Assembly (NCBI RefSeq): GCF_036971445.1
Contig: NC_091471.1
Span: forward strand, 195,424,001 to 195,488,000
Direction: 5' to 3'
DNA length: 64,000 bases
From: Narcine bancroftii
Lineage: Eukaryota
This document shows positions 39,436 through 52,690 of this stretch, piece by piece. Every line of letters begins with the position of its first letter. Positions within the stretch are counted from its first letter, which is position 1. Position numbers and translations under genes: made by a program. The notes beneath the pieces were generated by a model, which was given only the letters and a program-made list of their open reading frames with translations, ran no database searches and was not told where the DNA came from.

Positions 39436-39965
39436 TGTAAAATATGGTTGAAGATGATTAAACTCTCACCATTCTGTGAAAAAGGATGGAATGCAAAGAA
39501 TGTAGATGAGAGCTTGAAAACAGACAATACTAGTTAGTAGGCCTCTTCTTATTAGGAGCCCCAAGGATGCAAGGATCTGGTTCAGGCTGGTACAGTGACC
39601 TAAGGTAGTCTATAGCTAGTACTGCGCTTGCTTAATAGAGACATGAATATTAACTTAGTCGCCCCTAAGGAGGGAATGAACTAATTAACATAGCATGCGA
39701 TGTATGAAGAGGGAGGAACTGAGTGATACCTGTATTGATGGAAGGGAAAAGGAGAATTATGTAATGCATTGGGATTCTGATTGAAAGAAGGTAAATGAAG
39801 GTGGGGTGATGTTGAGCGTGGGAGTGTACAAAAGAGTGATGATTCTGAACCTCTGGTGTGTCTCCAGACTAGGGACATCTGACTCTGCAGACTCGAAATA
39901 AAGCTGAACCTGTTCTCCAAGACTTTGTCTCCAGAGTAGTGATTGTGAACTCTTTATATTTCACA
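39436..39965 (+). mobile_element. Solo LTR of the HERV-I-like ERV, in CTSO intron 5, antisense to CTSO
   Basis: 530 bp, collinear and highly similar to 10676..11205; TG...CA ends; perfect 4-bp TSD AGAG (39432-39435 and 39966-39969). Confidence 0.96.
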
Positions 39966-40097
39966 AGAGGTTTGCTAAAGTCTGTCCTATTAACTCAGTG
40001 AAAACTAATAGAATTGAAGGCAAATCATATCCCTGGCTCGCAGAAGACAGAAAGCAGAAATAATGATCAAGTACTTCAATTGGCGGAGTGCAATCTG

Positions 40098-40100
<3 letters not shown>

Positions 40101-40184
<84 letters not shown>
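40101..40184. repeat. (TG)n microsatellite
   Basis: Perfect TG run of about 42 units. Confidence 0.97.
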
Positions 40185-40185
<1 letters not shown>

Positions 40186-40949
40186 TATGCAGATAGGAAG
40201 CCCTGAAGTTAATGGGCATCAAATATCCAGCAATGACCTCAATCAATATGCAAAATTATGATGGGTATAGATAGACACGTGCAAGCAGACTTTTTCCACT
40301 GAGATTTTGTGAAACGAGAACGAGAGGACATGTGTTAAGGGTGAAAGGTGAAAAATCTGATGATGGGCATGACTAGAACAGATCATTTGACTTATCACCT
40401 CTTTACTTTATTGGAAAATATATTTTTGAGATGGCAGTGGATACCTTTTGAAGGCCCACAAGGTTTAGTCCTTTGGCCTCACCTATTTACACTAAACCTA
40501 ATCTCATGTCATTGCATTGTATTGTATCTAGGTTTATTGCTGGTACAAAGCTCAGCATCAAAGTCAGATGCAAGGACAATTCAATGAACAAGTCAAGGGT
40601 TGGAGACTGATCAAGTTTTGGAAGGCAATGGCATATGGAAATGAATGTGGGCATCTGTGGATAACACAATGATAAGGCAAAAGATTATTCAGTAATCAGT
40701 AAATATTATTATAGTAGGAAACATTTTTTGGGGAATATTTGTAGTCCGTGTAAATAAATAATGGAAAGTTGACACAGATATAGCAACACAGAGCAAAATG
40801 CATAATTGGAGTACTGGACATAAAAACCCTTCCTGGAAAGACAATGATTTTACTACAAGATGGAGAAAACTTGAATGTTTATATGGCTGTATTGTACCCA
40901 TAATTTCTGAGTAAAACAGCAATGCTCATATGATCTGTTGCTGAACTTA

Positions 40950-42489
40950 GAGGCCAATCAGATAGCAGATGCTTTAAGAATTATTTTCCAGAACTCGATA
41001 GACTCAGGATCAGTACCCATGGATTGGAGGGTAGCTAATGTTACCCCACTATTTAAAAAGGGGGGTAGAGAAAAAGCGGGGAATTATAGGCCGGTGAGCC
41101 TTACATCAGTAGTGGGCAAAATAATGGAATCCATTATTAAGGATGTAATAGTGGAGCATATGACTAGCAGAGAAGGGATCGGACGGAGTCAACATGGATT
41201 TACAAAAGGTAAATTGTGCTTGACAAATCTATTGGAATTCTTTGAGATGGTGACAGATAAAATAGATGGGGGAGAGCCAGTGGATGTGGTGTACCTGGAC
41301 TTCCAAAAGGCCTTCGATAAGGTCCCGCATAAACGACTGGCTTTCAAAATCAAGGCTCATGGGATTGGGGGCAAAGTATTAATGTGGATTGAGAACTGGC
41401 TGGCAGGTAGAAGACAGAGAGTTGGGATAAATGGCTCGTTTTCTGAGTGGCAGGCGGTGACCAGTGGGGTGCCACAGGGATCTGTACTGGGACCCCAGCT
41501 GTTCACAATTTACATTAATGATCTAGATGAGGGGATTGGATGTACTATCTCCAAATTTGCAGATGACATTAAGCTAGGAGGGGTTGTGTGCACGGAAGAG
41601 GGGGTCAGGAAGCTCCAGTGTGATTTGGATAAATTGAGGGACTGGACAGATACATGGCAAATGCACTAATGTGGATAAATGTGAGGTTATCCACTTTGGT
41701 AATACAAACCAGAGGGCAGATTACTATTTGAATGGCAATAGATTAAGAGATGGGGAAGTGCAGAGAGACCTAGGGGTACTTGTACACCAGTCTCTGAAGG
41801 CGAGCATGCAGGTACAGCAGGCGGTTAAAAAAGGCAAATGGTATGTTGGCCTTCATATCAAGAGGGTTTGAGTATAGGAACAAGGATACCTTACTGCAGC
41901 TGTACAGGGCCTTGGTGAGACCCCACCTGGAGTATTGTGTGCAGTTTTGGTCACCTTATCTAAGGAAGGATGTTCTTGCAATGGAGGGAGTGCAGAGGCG
42001 ATTCACCAGGCTGATACCTGGAATGGCAGGAATGACTTATGAGGAAAGATTGCGCAAATTGGGATTGTACTCGCTGGAGTTTAGAAGATTGAGAGGGGAT
42101 CTCAGAGAGACATATAAAATTCTGGCAGGACTGGACAGAATGGATGCAGATGGGATGTTTCCAATGATGGGAAAATCCAGAACCCGGGGTCATGGTTTGA
42201 GGATAATAGGCAAACCATTTAGGACCGAGATGAGGAGGAATTTCTTTATCCAGAGGGTGGTGAATCTGTGGAATTCATTGCCACAGAGGGCAGTAGAGGC
42301 AGGTTCATTAAATATATTTAAGAGGGAATTAGATATATTTCTTCAGTATAAGGGCATTAAAGGTTACGGAGAGAAGGCGGGGATGGGGTACTGAACTTTA
42401 AGATCAGCCATGATCTCGTTGAATGGCGGAGCAGGCTCGAAGGGTCGAATGACCTACTTCTGCTCCTATCTTCTATGTTTCTATGTTTC
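40950..42489 (+). mobile_element. CR1 LINE, 5'-truncated, relatively young
   Basis: NYRPVSLTS, LDFQKAFDKVPH, GVPQGSVLGP, SKFADD, RPHLEYCVQFWSP; only two apparent frameshifts; TTCTATGT tail. Confidence 0.95.
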
Positions 42490-42774
42490 CCCTTTATGCT
42501 TCGACAGCTACATTCTGTGTTGTCACAACGACCTGCTGTGGTGAATGCTGACTGCTTAGTCTAAGTCCTGTCCAGAATCCAATCAATAGGACTCATTGAT
42601 AGCCAAGTTGAATCTACATGGGTAAGTAGTGGAACTAATCACTGATATAAAGCTTCATTTCCTTTACCATAAACTTTGCAGTATATGAGAGACAGTAAAC
42701 AAGTTACAATTATGATATTAATTTCCCATCATTTAAAATTTCAACACCTAATGAGCTAAAGGAACTAGGATTAC

Positions 42775-42896
42775 CTGAAGCTATATGCCCAATAGTTTCT
42801 GATTGAAACACCAAATATAGACTTTGGAAAATAATGGCAGATTCCAGTTTTTGCTTTGAAGGGATACAATGACTCTTTCACCAATTTTGTTTTACT
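42775..42896 (-). CDS. CTSO: Cathepsin O exon 5 (122 nt): SKTKLVKESLYPFKAKTGICHYFPKSIFGVSIRNYWAYSF
   Basis: TTAACAG acceptor, GTAAT donor; YPFKA..G.CHYF matches CTSO; phases fit the neighbouring exons. Confidence 0.95.
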
Positions 42897-43419
42897 CTGT
42901 TAACAAAAAAATGTTTTCCATTTTAGTAAAGGAACAACCCTGGTGGAACTAAAAATTATTTTGAATATTGCAACATTTTTGTGTGCTAAGCAAACATTAT
43001 CGAAGAGCTGATCCTACGTTCACATGGAAATTTGACCCTGCTTATTTGTTGACAGAACGTATAACAGGCACGTGGAATGAAGTCAACATTGCAAATAACA
43101 TAACATGTATATACATGTTGATGGCCCATGAGCTGAGTGTCATTCACACCTAAAGAAGCCTGAGGTAAACATTTCCTGGTCTGCTGTGAGGGAGTCTGGG
43201 TGTTGATTTTGTGGAAGACACATTATTTAATTATTTATTTGGTGTTCACCCCTTGGACTTCAATTTATGAATCCAACAACTTACCAACCTCCAAAATGCA
43301 GGATCATAAACCAATTTTGTCTTGGGTCTTGCACCCTATTACATTTCCGACTGCCTCGACCCCACCATTGTCTGCCACGACACAAGCTTAGCTCTGAATC
43401 TACCACTGACCCTCTAAGC

Positions 43420-43793
43420 CAGTTGTTCTCAACCTTTTCCTTTCCACTCACATACCACTTTAAGTAATCTCTCTGGCATCAGTGCTCTGTGATTAGTAAG
43501 GGATTGCTTAAGGTGATATATGGGTGGGAAGGGAAGGTTGAGAATCACTGCTCTAGACCCAATTGTTACTGAAATATTTTGCTGGAGAAAAATTGTCATT
43601 CACCCATTTCCTTTGGGGTTATGAAACCATACACACAACAAGTCAATTAGGTACGATTAAAACAGTGGTTTTCAAACTTTTTCTTCCCACTCACATACCA
43701 CTTTAAGCAATTCCTTACTAATCACAGAGCACCTATGGCACAGGGAATACTTAAAGTGGTAGTGAGTGGAAAGAAAAAGGTTGAGAACCACTG
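43420..43793. mobile_element. Composite hAT MITE (two ~130-bp units plus spacer)
   Basis: CAGT(T/G)GTTCTCAACC TIRs; perfect 8-bp TSD CTCTAAGC (43412-43419 and 43794-43801). Confidence 0.9.
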
Positions 43794-44220
43794 CTCTAAG
43801 CTGTGAACGTCTGATAACATTTACAACCCCCACTGAATTTTTGTTGCTCTAACGTCAAATGCCCAAAATTTAACAGCATCTTTGTTATTTTGTGATGGCC
43901 AATTCTCCACACAATCAGCCAACCCCCACCTAACTCCAGCTTCAGTTTGTCCCAGAAAGTACTCTCACTCAGCAACCCAGGCATGCAGGAAGTTCTCAGT
44001 GGAGCCTGAATAGCCAGAAGAAGAGGCTATTGTAAAATCTAGGCGATTCAGCTCCCAGTGGCACAGAGACATGGACTTGGAAGGGTTTGGTTATGATTCT
44101 GTCGTTATGAAGATTGTTGAACAAGCTCAATAGATAAGATCAACTATCATATGCTATTTCCATAAATTTACCACATGAACAATGACAAATGATTGTCAGA
44201 AAAAAAAACATGTTACTTAC

Positions 44221-44388
44221 CTGATTTAGCCATCTAAGGGCACTTACTGGTGAGCCGCCATTGCAGCCACTATCCTTGTAAGAACAATCTAGAACTTCTT
44301 GTGCACTCAGCGTCACTAATTCTCCTTTCTTAATTGCGAGAGAAGATTCAATACTTTCCACCACACTGAAGGCCCAGCACCCTCCACA
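44221..44388 (-). CDS. CTSO: Cathepsin O exon 4 (168 nt): CGGCWAFSVVESIESSLAIKKGELVTLSAQEVLDCSYKDSGCNGGSPVSALRWLNQ
   Basis: Catalytic Cys motif CGGCWAFS and GCNGG; ATAG acceptor, GTAAGT donor. Confidence 0.98.
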
Positions 44389-45401
44389 CTATAGCACGAA
44401 ATAATCAGAAATTAGTCCAACCCTGCCCTTTTCTCCCCAACAGCATTGTCAACATCAGCATAATCACAATTTTCTGACAGCTGGAATATACATTTAAAAA
44501 TAATAAACCCTGGAAGCTTTATCAGAGACCTTAATAATGATCATCTTTTGTGGGCTCTCACCTTTCGTTGGGTCCAGCACAGAAACAAAACCCCTCAGCC
44601 CCACTTGTTGATCCCATTCATCGATATTCATCCTATCTACAAGCACTTGGTGTTTAGCCTTGCAGGCCCTGGCAATTCAAGTACTTGTCCAGATACTTGC
44701 ACTTAATAACCTTACCTACTTCCACCTGGTTTTCATGGCACGACAAAAAATCTGATCAGTGATTCAGTATTCATTAATTCTGACACAGCTCGTGTCCCCA
44801 GTGTAACTAATTATTAATCAAAGTTGCAAAGGAAGCAACTCCAAGGATTGATAAATTTGCTACAGCTCATGAATTATTAAAATAAATAGAAATCAGTAAT
44901 TTTGGAATCAATCACTGGAAATAATAATAGGGTAATGGCTTGTGGTTATGCGCCTGGATTTATAATCCTGAGACGAAGCCCAATAATCCAGAGTGAGTTC
45001 AGAGCCTTCCATGACAGCTGGGGTTTTGAACAAACTCTGTGAAACTTCCATTAATTATCTTTCGGTAAGGAACGACCTTCTCAGCAACCTGTGGATGCAT
45101 ATATTTTTATGCTCACAATGTACTCCCAATCCCAAGACCTACCGCTAATTCTCTGGTATTAATGGACACTTTGCTTTATTTAGAATTAAAATGTTCCCAC
45201 CAGTCTGCCTATCCTGATGCTTTTGTGCCTGAAATGGCAACATTTCAATAGGGGAAAGTTAACATTAGTGCAAATGAATTGAATGGAGCAAAGGTATTTG
45301 CATGAATATCTGGGGACTCATGTTTAAAGTGAGGGAGAGCTCTCCTGCATATTATTTAAGCGATAGCCTGCTGTTTAACTCTGAGAATCGTATCTTACAG
45401 C

Positions 45402-46379
45402 TGTGACAGAGTATATAGAAATGTTTTTGGGAGATAAATTGGGAAAGGTTTGATAGAGTAGGTCACATGCAAACACTTTAAAACAGATCTTATTTGAAAC
45501 ACTGGAGACATAGTGGTTTCTCACGCCTTTTTGCAAGAGCTTTGAAGAGTGCTCCGGAGACTGGATTATTGTTTATCAAGGTAACAGATGAAAGAGCAGG
45601 CTGGAGCTGCTATTATCTGAAGCAGAGTTTTGCTGTTGTAAGAGGGTCATGTGGTTTTGCAAGCAGAGAGAGTCAAACAGGCTTTCTCTCAGTCTCAGAG
45701 TGTGTGTGCGAGAGATAGAGAGAAAAGCAGAGATCACTTGACAGTGTCAGTCAGCAAGAGCAGCTGGAACTGAAACAGGAAAAGCTGGCAAGAAGCCCCA
45801 GTGTGGAAGACGGCCTGGTAACAGTCCTTGTGGTTCATGCAAGAGGAGAGGACTGGCTATCTAATGTTTCACTTGGAACAAGAGAAACAAAAAGGAACTC
45901 TGTGGTGACCTGAAAGAAAGAGGTTATCATCTAGAGAACCCTGATGGGGCGAGTTTCATCAGCAAGACACTGAGATGACGGATGGATGTCCTGGAACAAC
46001 ACATCTCTCTCTGAAAACCAATAAGAACTTTCCTGAGCATTAACCATTTACCTTTCGAACACCAAAGCTTGATGAACTTTACAAATGTTAAATTCTGTTT
46101 ACAGTATAAGAATGTTTGTAACCAGTGAACTTGGAGGAATGAGAAGTGAGATTGGACTGTGAACCAAAGAACTTTTCTAAACTTATGCACACATTAGGTA
46201 CACATGCGCTTAGAATTAGAAGGGGGTTAAGTTAGGTAAAGTAAGTTAATAGTGATAAGTTAAAGTGTAATTCTGTTTTCATACTTAAAGATAATTAAAA
46301 TCAACTTTTGTTTAAGTAACCATTTGTCTTGGTGAATATCTATTGCTGCTGGGTTTGGGGGTCCTCTGGGCTCGTAACA
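45402..46379 (+). mobile_element. Solo LTR (~980 bp), probably Gypsy
   Basis: TGTGAC...GTAACA ends; related copies at 7147 and 59389; TSD unclear. Confidence 0.75.
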
Positions 46380-46954
46380 GCAAATACCTCTGATTCTTCC
46401 CCCACTGTGGCAGAACAAACCCCTCGGGAAAGGGATATAGTGGTGTGCTGGGAGTCATTAATATCGACTCCAGGACCGATGAAGTTTAATGATGGCGTGG
46501 GCAAGGAAATCTCTTGCTATTTGACACATACTGTCCTTATCTCCTCCCTACTGAATATTTAAAGTTATGTGGGCATAATAGAAAGTCTGGGTAAGGGACT
46601 TCAATTTTCCATCACCTAGATTGGCTTGGTACCATTACCAATGACCAAGTTAAACACATTTTGAAGATACAGTAGAAAGACTTGTTAAATGGCAGTAAAG
46701 GCTTGAGGGACTACTTGGCCGCCTTCTTCCGAAGTTGTACATTCACATGTAAGATGGTGGAGAATTGATCCACACACATTTTTCCCCTGAGTAGATGTTA
46801 CTATTAATAGGAGCATCAACATTGCATCCCGATTGAAACAAGGTTCTGTCTTTCCGCGGAGGACCTTCTATCATGTTTTGTGGTAAACAGATTCAGAACA
46901 GAACTGGCAGCTCTGTACTGGGCACTTAACTGCAATCTGTAACCCTATTATTAG

Positions 46955-47225
46955 GTGGCACAGTGGCCTATCTAATAGGGTTGCTGTCTCACAGTGCAGG
47001 AGACACAGGTTCAATCCTGACCTTTGTGCATTTATCCTATGAACTATTTTTCTCCCACATCTCAAAAGTTGTAAATTGTCCCTCATATGTGGGTGAGAGG
47101 TAAAATTTGGGGGTTGATGAGAAAAACATTGGATTAATGTAGGAGTAGGGTAAATGGTGGTTGATTGTAGGTGCAGATTCAGTTGGTTGAATGGCCTATT
47201 TCCATGTTGTATTTCTCTGTGACTA
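46955..47225 (+). mobile_element. tRNA-derived V-SINE, decayed
   Basis: ggtggcacagtgg...gctgtctcacagtgcaggagac..ggttcaatcc tRNA-like head (A and B boxes) and a CR1-like tail. Confidence 0.7.
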
Positions 47226-49244
47226 ACATATGGCTGGCAGGATGGATCCACCCTGCCTTCCTCACAGCCTTACTTTTATCCAGATCAGCCACTCTGCAAT
47301 TTAGCTGACCTGGTGTTATTGTTACCAACAGCATTCCAGTACATTCTGGGCACCTACAACTCCTTATGAGAAGCCGGCTGTAATGCCATTAGGCATTTGC
47401 ATGGAGACCACAAGGAGCACTGTGCAGACTGCTGGTGAAGAACCAGGACAAGAATTGACCTGCACTAGGACAGGAATTGACTTCTGCTCCATTCACGAGG
47501 CCAATCTTATGCCAGGTCCCAAATGGTACTGGTTCTAGGTTTGTGGGTCTATCTTCCCTGGTACTAAATTCCCTTGGCTCACGTGAAACTAGGACTTGGA
47601 TCCACCTGCTGTCAGGGCCTAGGCCAGCACTGTGGTCTGGGAGCCAGGAATGAGATACCCAGGATATAGAGTTCCAAGGACCATGTTGACCCAGATTAAT
47701 GTCCTCAACCTGAATCCAGATCCAGGTCCATAAAGTAAGGCTTCAGACCAGGTTGCACCAAGCAAGTAAACATGGACTATCACTTGGTGGGTACAGGTCT
47801 TAGCTGTATGACAATTGGATGAAGTGCAGGTGCAAACTGGGCAGAATACAGGAAAGTGTAAGGTATCAGGGTATATCGCTGGGTTAATAATGCTGGGTAC
47901 AGATCTATCCCTGTATCGGACTACAACAATGGTAGGCACAAACCTGGCAAGGTGGAAGAGACCACCAGATATGAGAGCATAGAGGCAGTGACTGGAGCAA
48001 TGAATGGACACTAAATGGAGGTGGTGAGGTCGCATTGAATGCTGTGGTGAGGGCCAATGAACAGAGGTATGAGGATGCCCTGAATGCAATAGTGAGAGGG
48101 CCCTCAGTATGGCAGCAAGGGAGTGCACCAATATAGAAAGTTTTTTTTTAAATTCCAGATTTATTGAATTTCTTGAAATTAAAGTGTAATTCTTTGAGTC
48201 AATGCTCAAGAACCCTTCTGAAGATTGGTAAGCTCATCTTGTGCTTGTAGAATATTGAGAGGTAACTTGCTCAGGCAAAATTTCCTCCCATTTGTTGTGG
48301 AAGCTGCCTCGTGCAGGCAATCTTGCCCTGCAAGACAAAGTGCAAAGTTGATTTCTATGTGTGTGATTTCAAATGACATTATTGCTGTGGTTCAGTTGTT
48401 AAGTCCAGTGTATGATGGGGATTATTTGAGCTCCTAGGCGAGGAACATGCCTGCTATAATGGAATAACTCAGAGCATTCATGCATGCACGGCTACTGTGT
48501 GGCTTTGCTGCATAACTGCACCTGTCAACTATAATTCGAAGAATCATACAATTCAATTTGATAAAGGGAGAGAGGACATGGAATTACTTCCAACACTTCT
48601 CCAAAGGGATTAAAGTGGCATTCTCCTTCCACTTGTATTTCACGTCTGTTTTGGAAGTCGTTTTACCATGCTAGTGCAGAGCATCTGCTTTCTCTGCACC
48701 ATGTCTACTAAGAAATCAAGGTGTCTTTAAAGATAAGAGGCCACTCTCTACCACTGTATTGTCTGTCTGCAGCTGGTTTAAAATACAATAGCATGGATAT
48801 TTCTGAGGATTCTAACAGTGCAGTGATCCCAAACGTGTTGTGGCAAATGGCTGGGACAGGAGCTGAAAAAAACTTTAAAACTTACAGTGATACAACTTTT
48901 CACATTCACGAACATTGATTATAATTCAAACCCATGCTTAGGGTAGCTATTTAACTGAGAATGAAATTCCTGTTCAATATATTTTATGGTACTTTTGTTT
49001 TAAAATCTTTTCTTAAGTTGCCTGAATGACATTATTTACCGCATTATCGCTAACAGAAGCCTATAAAACATGATGTCATGCTGAAGGCTGTAATGACTAT
49101 CCCTGAATGAATCAAGTGTGTATAAACTCTGAAAATGAACCATTAAATGAAATAAAATGAACTGTCCTAAAGTTCCACTTATTTGTCTTACTTTTAAAAA
49201 AATATAATCACTTTTTTCACATGATTTTGAAAAATCGCAGCATA

Positions 49245-50149
49245 CAGTACAACTCCAAATATCCAAAATCGGATTCTCTGAAATCCTCATTTATCCAAAT
49301 TAAAAAAAAAAATTTTGGCTAAATGAGGGTATCTGAAACAAATCAGAAATCCTCATTTATCCGAATTTTTTTTGGAGCTGAACTGACCTCACAGGTTGAA
49401 AAAAAATTCACTCAACATGATATTAGAATGACAATTGACTTTGTTTCAGGTAACTCTCTCCCCTCTCTTTTTCTATTTCTTCTTTACCTTCCTCTACTGA
49501 CTTTTGTCTCCAACTCATCCTCTCAAACCGTGTGCCATTGTCTCCCAGCCGCAAGCAGCTGGAAGAATCCCTTGCCCCGGCATCATCAAGAAATGTGGCC
49601 TCTCGGGCAGGAGTTGGACCTCGGGCTCAGTGGCATTCTCTCCCCTCCCTTCCTCCTCGGCACACCGGAGCTCCAAACACCAACTCCGAACCCTCCCCTT
49701 GGCGTACTACTGCACATGCACACTGGACTCCCTGGTGTGCATGTGCAGTAGTAGGCCTAGGGAAGGATTCGGAGTTGGGACTTGGGTTTTGGGAGCTCTG
49801 CTGACTGCGGAGACAGGAGCCCATCGATTCACCAATGAGTGTTTCACCAGCCCGAGAAGCTTTCCCGGGGATTAACTACAGCGGTGGGGACGTGTCAGGG
49901 ATTGGTAGTGGCGGTTTGGAGGTCTCATTGATCATTGGCGGCATTGCAGCCAGCATTTTTTTGGGTGAGAATTAAACATTATTTTAATGCTTAAAAACCC
50001 TTCCCTTGTTGTTTGTTGTTGTTTAAACATTGATACAAGTGATTTGCTGTTGCTACTGGGCTGTTTTTAAAAAATGACCAATTATCTGAAAAAACCGTAT
50101 ATCCGACATAGGCCTGGTCCTGACCATTTAGATAATGGCAGTTGTATTG
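49245..50149. mobile_element. Tigger-like MITE, longer member of the 36226 family with a GC-rich interior
   Basis: TA|CAGTACAACT...AGTTGTATTG|TA; both subterminal regions match 36226..36654. Confidence 0.75.
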
Positions 50150-50324
50150 TAATAGCAAGCAATGACATGGAAAATAATATCTTGGGATTTAACTGGTTGG
50201 TGGTTTCTCTCCAACAGTCCAATGTGTTTCTAAGCAATATTACTGAAATGGTTCTCCATTGCAAAAAAAGTTAGTATTCCTTAGTCTAAGGTACATGCAA
50301 CTTTAACAATGAAAAGAAACTTAC

Positions 50325-50461
50325 TGTTTCCTGATTATGCACAGGTGTTACAACATTCTTGTCCCTCCAGTCAAATTTTGCAGGAAATGCTGGTTTCTTG
50401 TGATCCTTCATAAACGATAGGAACTTCGGAAGTTGCACTGGTCGTGAAGTCAAATATGTTG
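50325..50461 (-). CDS. CTSO: Cathepsin O exon 3 (137 nt): ATYLTSRPVQLPKFLSFMKDHKKPAFPAKFDWRDKNVVTPVHNQET
   Basis: Mature N-terminus P..FDWRDK.VVT.V.NQ (oxyanion Gln); CTGCAG acceptor, GTAAGT donor. Confidence 0.96.
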
Positions 50462-50519
50462 CTGCAGATTTAATGATATTAGTTTCCAGTTCATATAAAA
50501 TTTCAAAATAATACCAAAT

Positions 50520-50815
50520 GCTAATACCACGGGACAGCTGTACAAAGTGAGGGGAGGAACATTTAAGGGTAAAGGGTTAGTTTTTTTTAAACAGAGTAGT
50601 GGGTGCTTGAAATGCATTGCCAGGGGTGGTGGTGGTGGAGGCTGGTACAATATGGACATTTAAAAGACTCTTAATCAGGCACGTGGATGCATGAAAAATA
50701 GAGGGCTTTGGATGTGAGGTAAGTAAGGTTTAGTTTGTTGAGTAGGTTTATGTAGGTCGGCCAATATCCAGGGCTAAAGCTCCTATACTATGCTGTATTG
50801 TTCTATGTTCTACAA
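50520..50815 (+). mobile_element. CR1 3' end fragment
   Basis: FFKQRVVGA-like motif, gtggtggaggctggtaca and ttctatgttcta tail. Confidence 0.7.
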
Positions 50816-51644
50816 AAGTTGACTCAAAATATTTCCAGAGGACAAACTTGCACAAATAACCAGTATATAGACTTTGTTGTGCATTTCCTGTATTTTAATG
50901 CACGTTGACAACTTTAAACATGAAATACCTCATTGCCTACATTGAAGAAGAAAAACACAGTGTAAACACATTGGCTATGTGATCATCAATAAATTGTGTT
51001 GCTCTAAGTAGTATATAATTTAATAAGTACACATTATCATTTACAAGAATAAATCCACACAAGGGATAACAGGCAGAACCTTTCTATGTCTATTTCTAAG
51101 TCAATTCTGGGTGCTGTCATGTGTGCTCAGTCAATTAAAAGTTGCTTGAAAGCACTACCAAGTGATTGTTGCACACCTAGAAATGTTAGCTTAAAAACGA
51201 TTGTGGGAGAAATAAATGTGGTGGGCAGCAGGGATAGATTTCTTCGGCTCCCTTTATGAAGTAAAATAGAAAGATGAAGGTATTTTCTTTGTGGGTCCAA
51301 TGAGAGAAAAAAATTAGTGCCGTGATGTGTCCTCTGTTGAGGGATGTATGTTTTTTTTTAAATGTCATGTTTTGGTCAGGGTAGATAAGGGGAGAAAATC
51401 AGTACAGTCTGGCAACTCTTAATCTGAAAAGTGAAAATGTACTACTGTCCTATGTTTCCACTGCCAATAGAGCTGACTCGGCACTTTTATTTCATCATGA
51501 TCCAACCTACGGTTACCCCAAATTTTCAGTTTGTTGAAGCTTAACATGCCAATGCCATATTTAACTTTAATTATTCAGAATATTGTTAGGGTGATCCAAG
51601 CCTTAATTATAAGTATAACAATGTTAAAGAATGATTAAATTTAC

Positions 51645-51762
51645 CTCTGAATATTTGTGGAGATATATCGGAAAACTGGTTAATTCCATAAAGAGCACAG
51701 CCACTTTCATTCAACAAGTTTGATGAAAGAAGATTCAGTGTGTAATGTCTCTGAATACTTTC
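51645..51762 (-). CDS. CTSO: Cathepsin O exon 2 (118 nt): ESIQRHYTLNLLSSNLLNESGCALYGINQFSDISPQIFR
   Basis: Propeptide YGINQFSD (GNFD-like); TTTTCAG acceptor, GTAAAT donor. Confidence 0.95.
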
Positions 51763-52489
51763 CTGAAAAAAAAATTCTGAAAGTGTCATACATGTGCATT
51801 TTAATGTTTAACTGACTGCAGCATGTAAGTGGCAACTTAAAGAAAACAAAGCAATAATTTCTGCGTGAGAGCCACCCTCATCAACTTCGTAAACCTGCAA
51901 AGCCCAATGTACAGCACAAACTTCTGCAAACCCATTAAAAAAGCATCTGAAAACAAACGCTGTAACAGTGGTAAGAAGTTTCTTTTATTTCAATAACTTC
52001 AAAGTTTTAAATTACCTGTATATTTAATTATTTTTAGCACATGCCTGTATCTTTTGTGTTTTAATTAAATAACTCATCTAAATTTTAACAATCGTTTTTA
52101 TATTCAATTTTTAAATAGTTCTCAGAGATTTTTGAATGTATATGAATTATAATACTGGTGATCCAAGGTGTCAGAGCCTGTGTATGAGGACAATCAGCCT
52201 CAAGGAGAGTCCTGGTACTTCACTGCACTGAACGATGTCAATCTGTTGAGTGTTGGCCTCCCAGCAAAAGGCTACATTGAAAGGAACAGCATGGCTCAAG
52301 AGTAGGTAAGCTGTGATCTTGAAGTAGTGGAAAATCCATCCCCCAAATAAATGGTCTTTTTGTTTTAGAAAGGGCATGGATTAAAATATTTTCCTTAATA
52401 CAAAAAATATTTAATTTTAATGGGCAAGTCTTGACAACTTATGTATAGAATAAATCATTTAAAATGCAGGCAAACTTAACTGAGCATTC

Positions 52490-52690
52490 AATGCTATTGC
52501 AGTGCCAGCAACCTGAGCTTAAATCAGGGGCTGTCAGTAAGGAGATTGTCTGTTCTCCCTATGTCTGCGTGGAATTCCTCTGCTTGCTCTGGTTTCAGCC
52601 CACCCTTCAAAAAGCATGGGGGTTGTAGGTTAATTGGAGTATTCGGGCTCTTGAACCAGAAGGACCTGTTACCATGCTATATGTATAAAT
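52490..52690 (+). mobile_element. V-SINE
   Basis: tgttctccctatgtctgcgtgg...gctctggtttc core. Confidence 0.7.

Noticed and set aside
39436-39965. This LTR as the true 3' LTR of a 29-kb provirus that captured CTSO exons
   Set aside because: It has its own TSD on both sides and no PPT; the provirus has its PPT and 3' LTR start at 17734-17861.
40014-40196. Cys/Val-repeat ORFs (also 60963..61315)
   Set aside because: They are translations of (TG)n microsatellites.
40938-42394. Active CR1 or nested gene in a CTSO intron
   Set aside because: It is 5'-truncated with two frameshifts and is an ordinary young CR1 copy.
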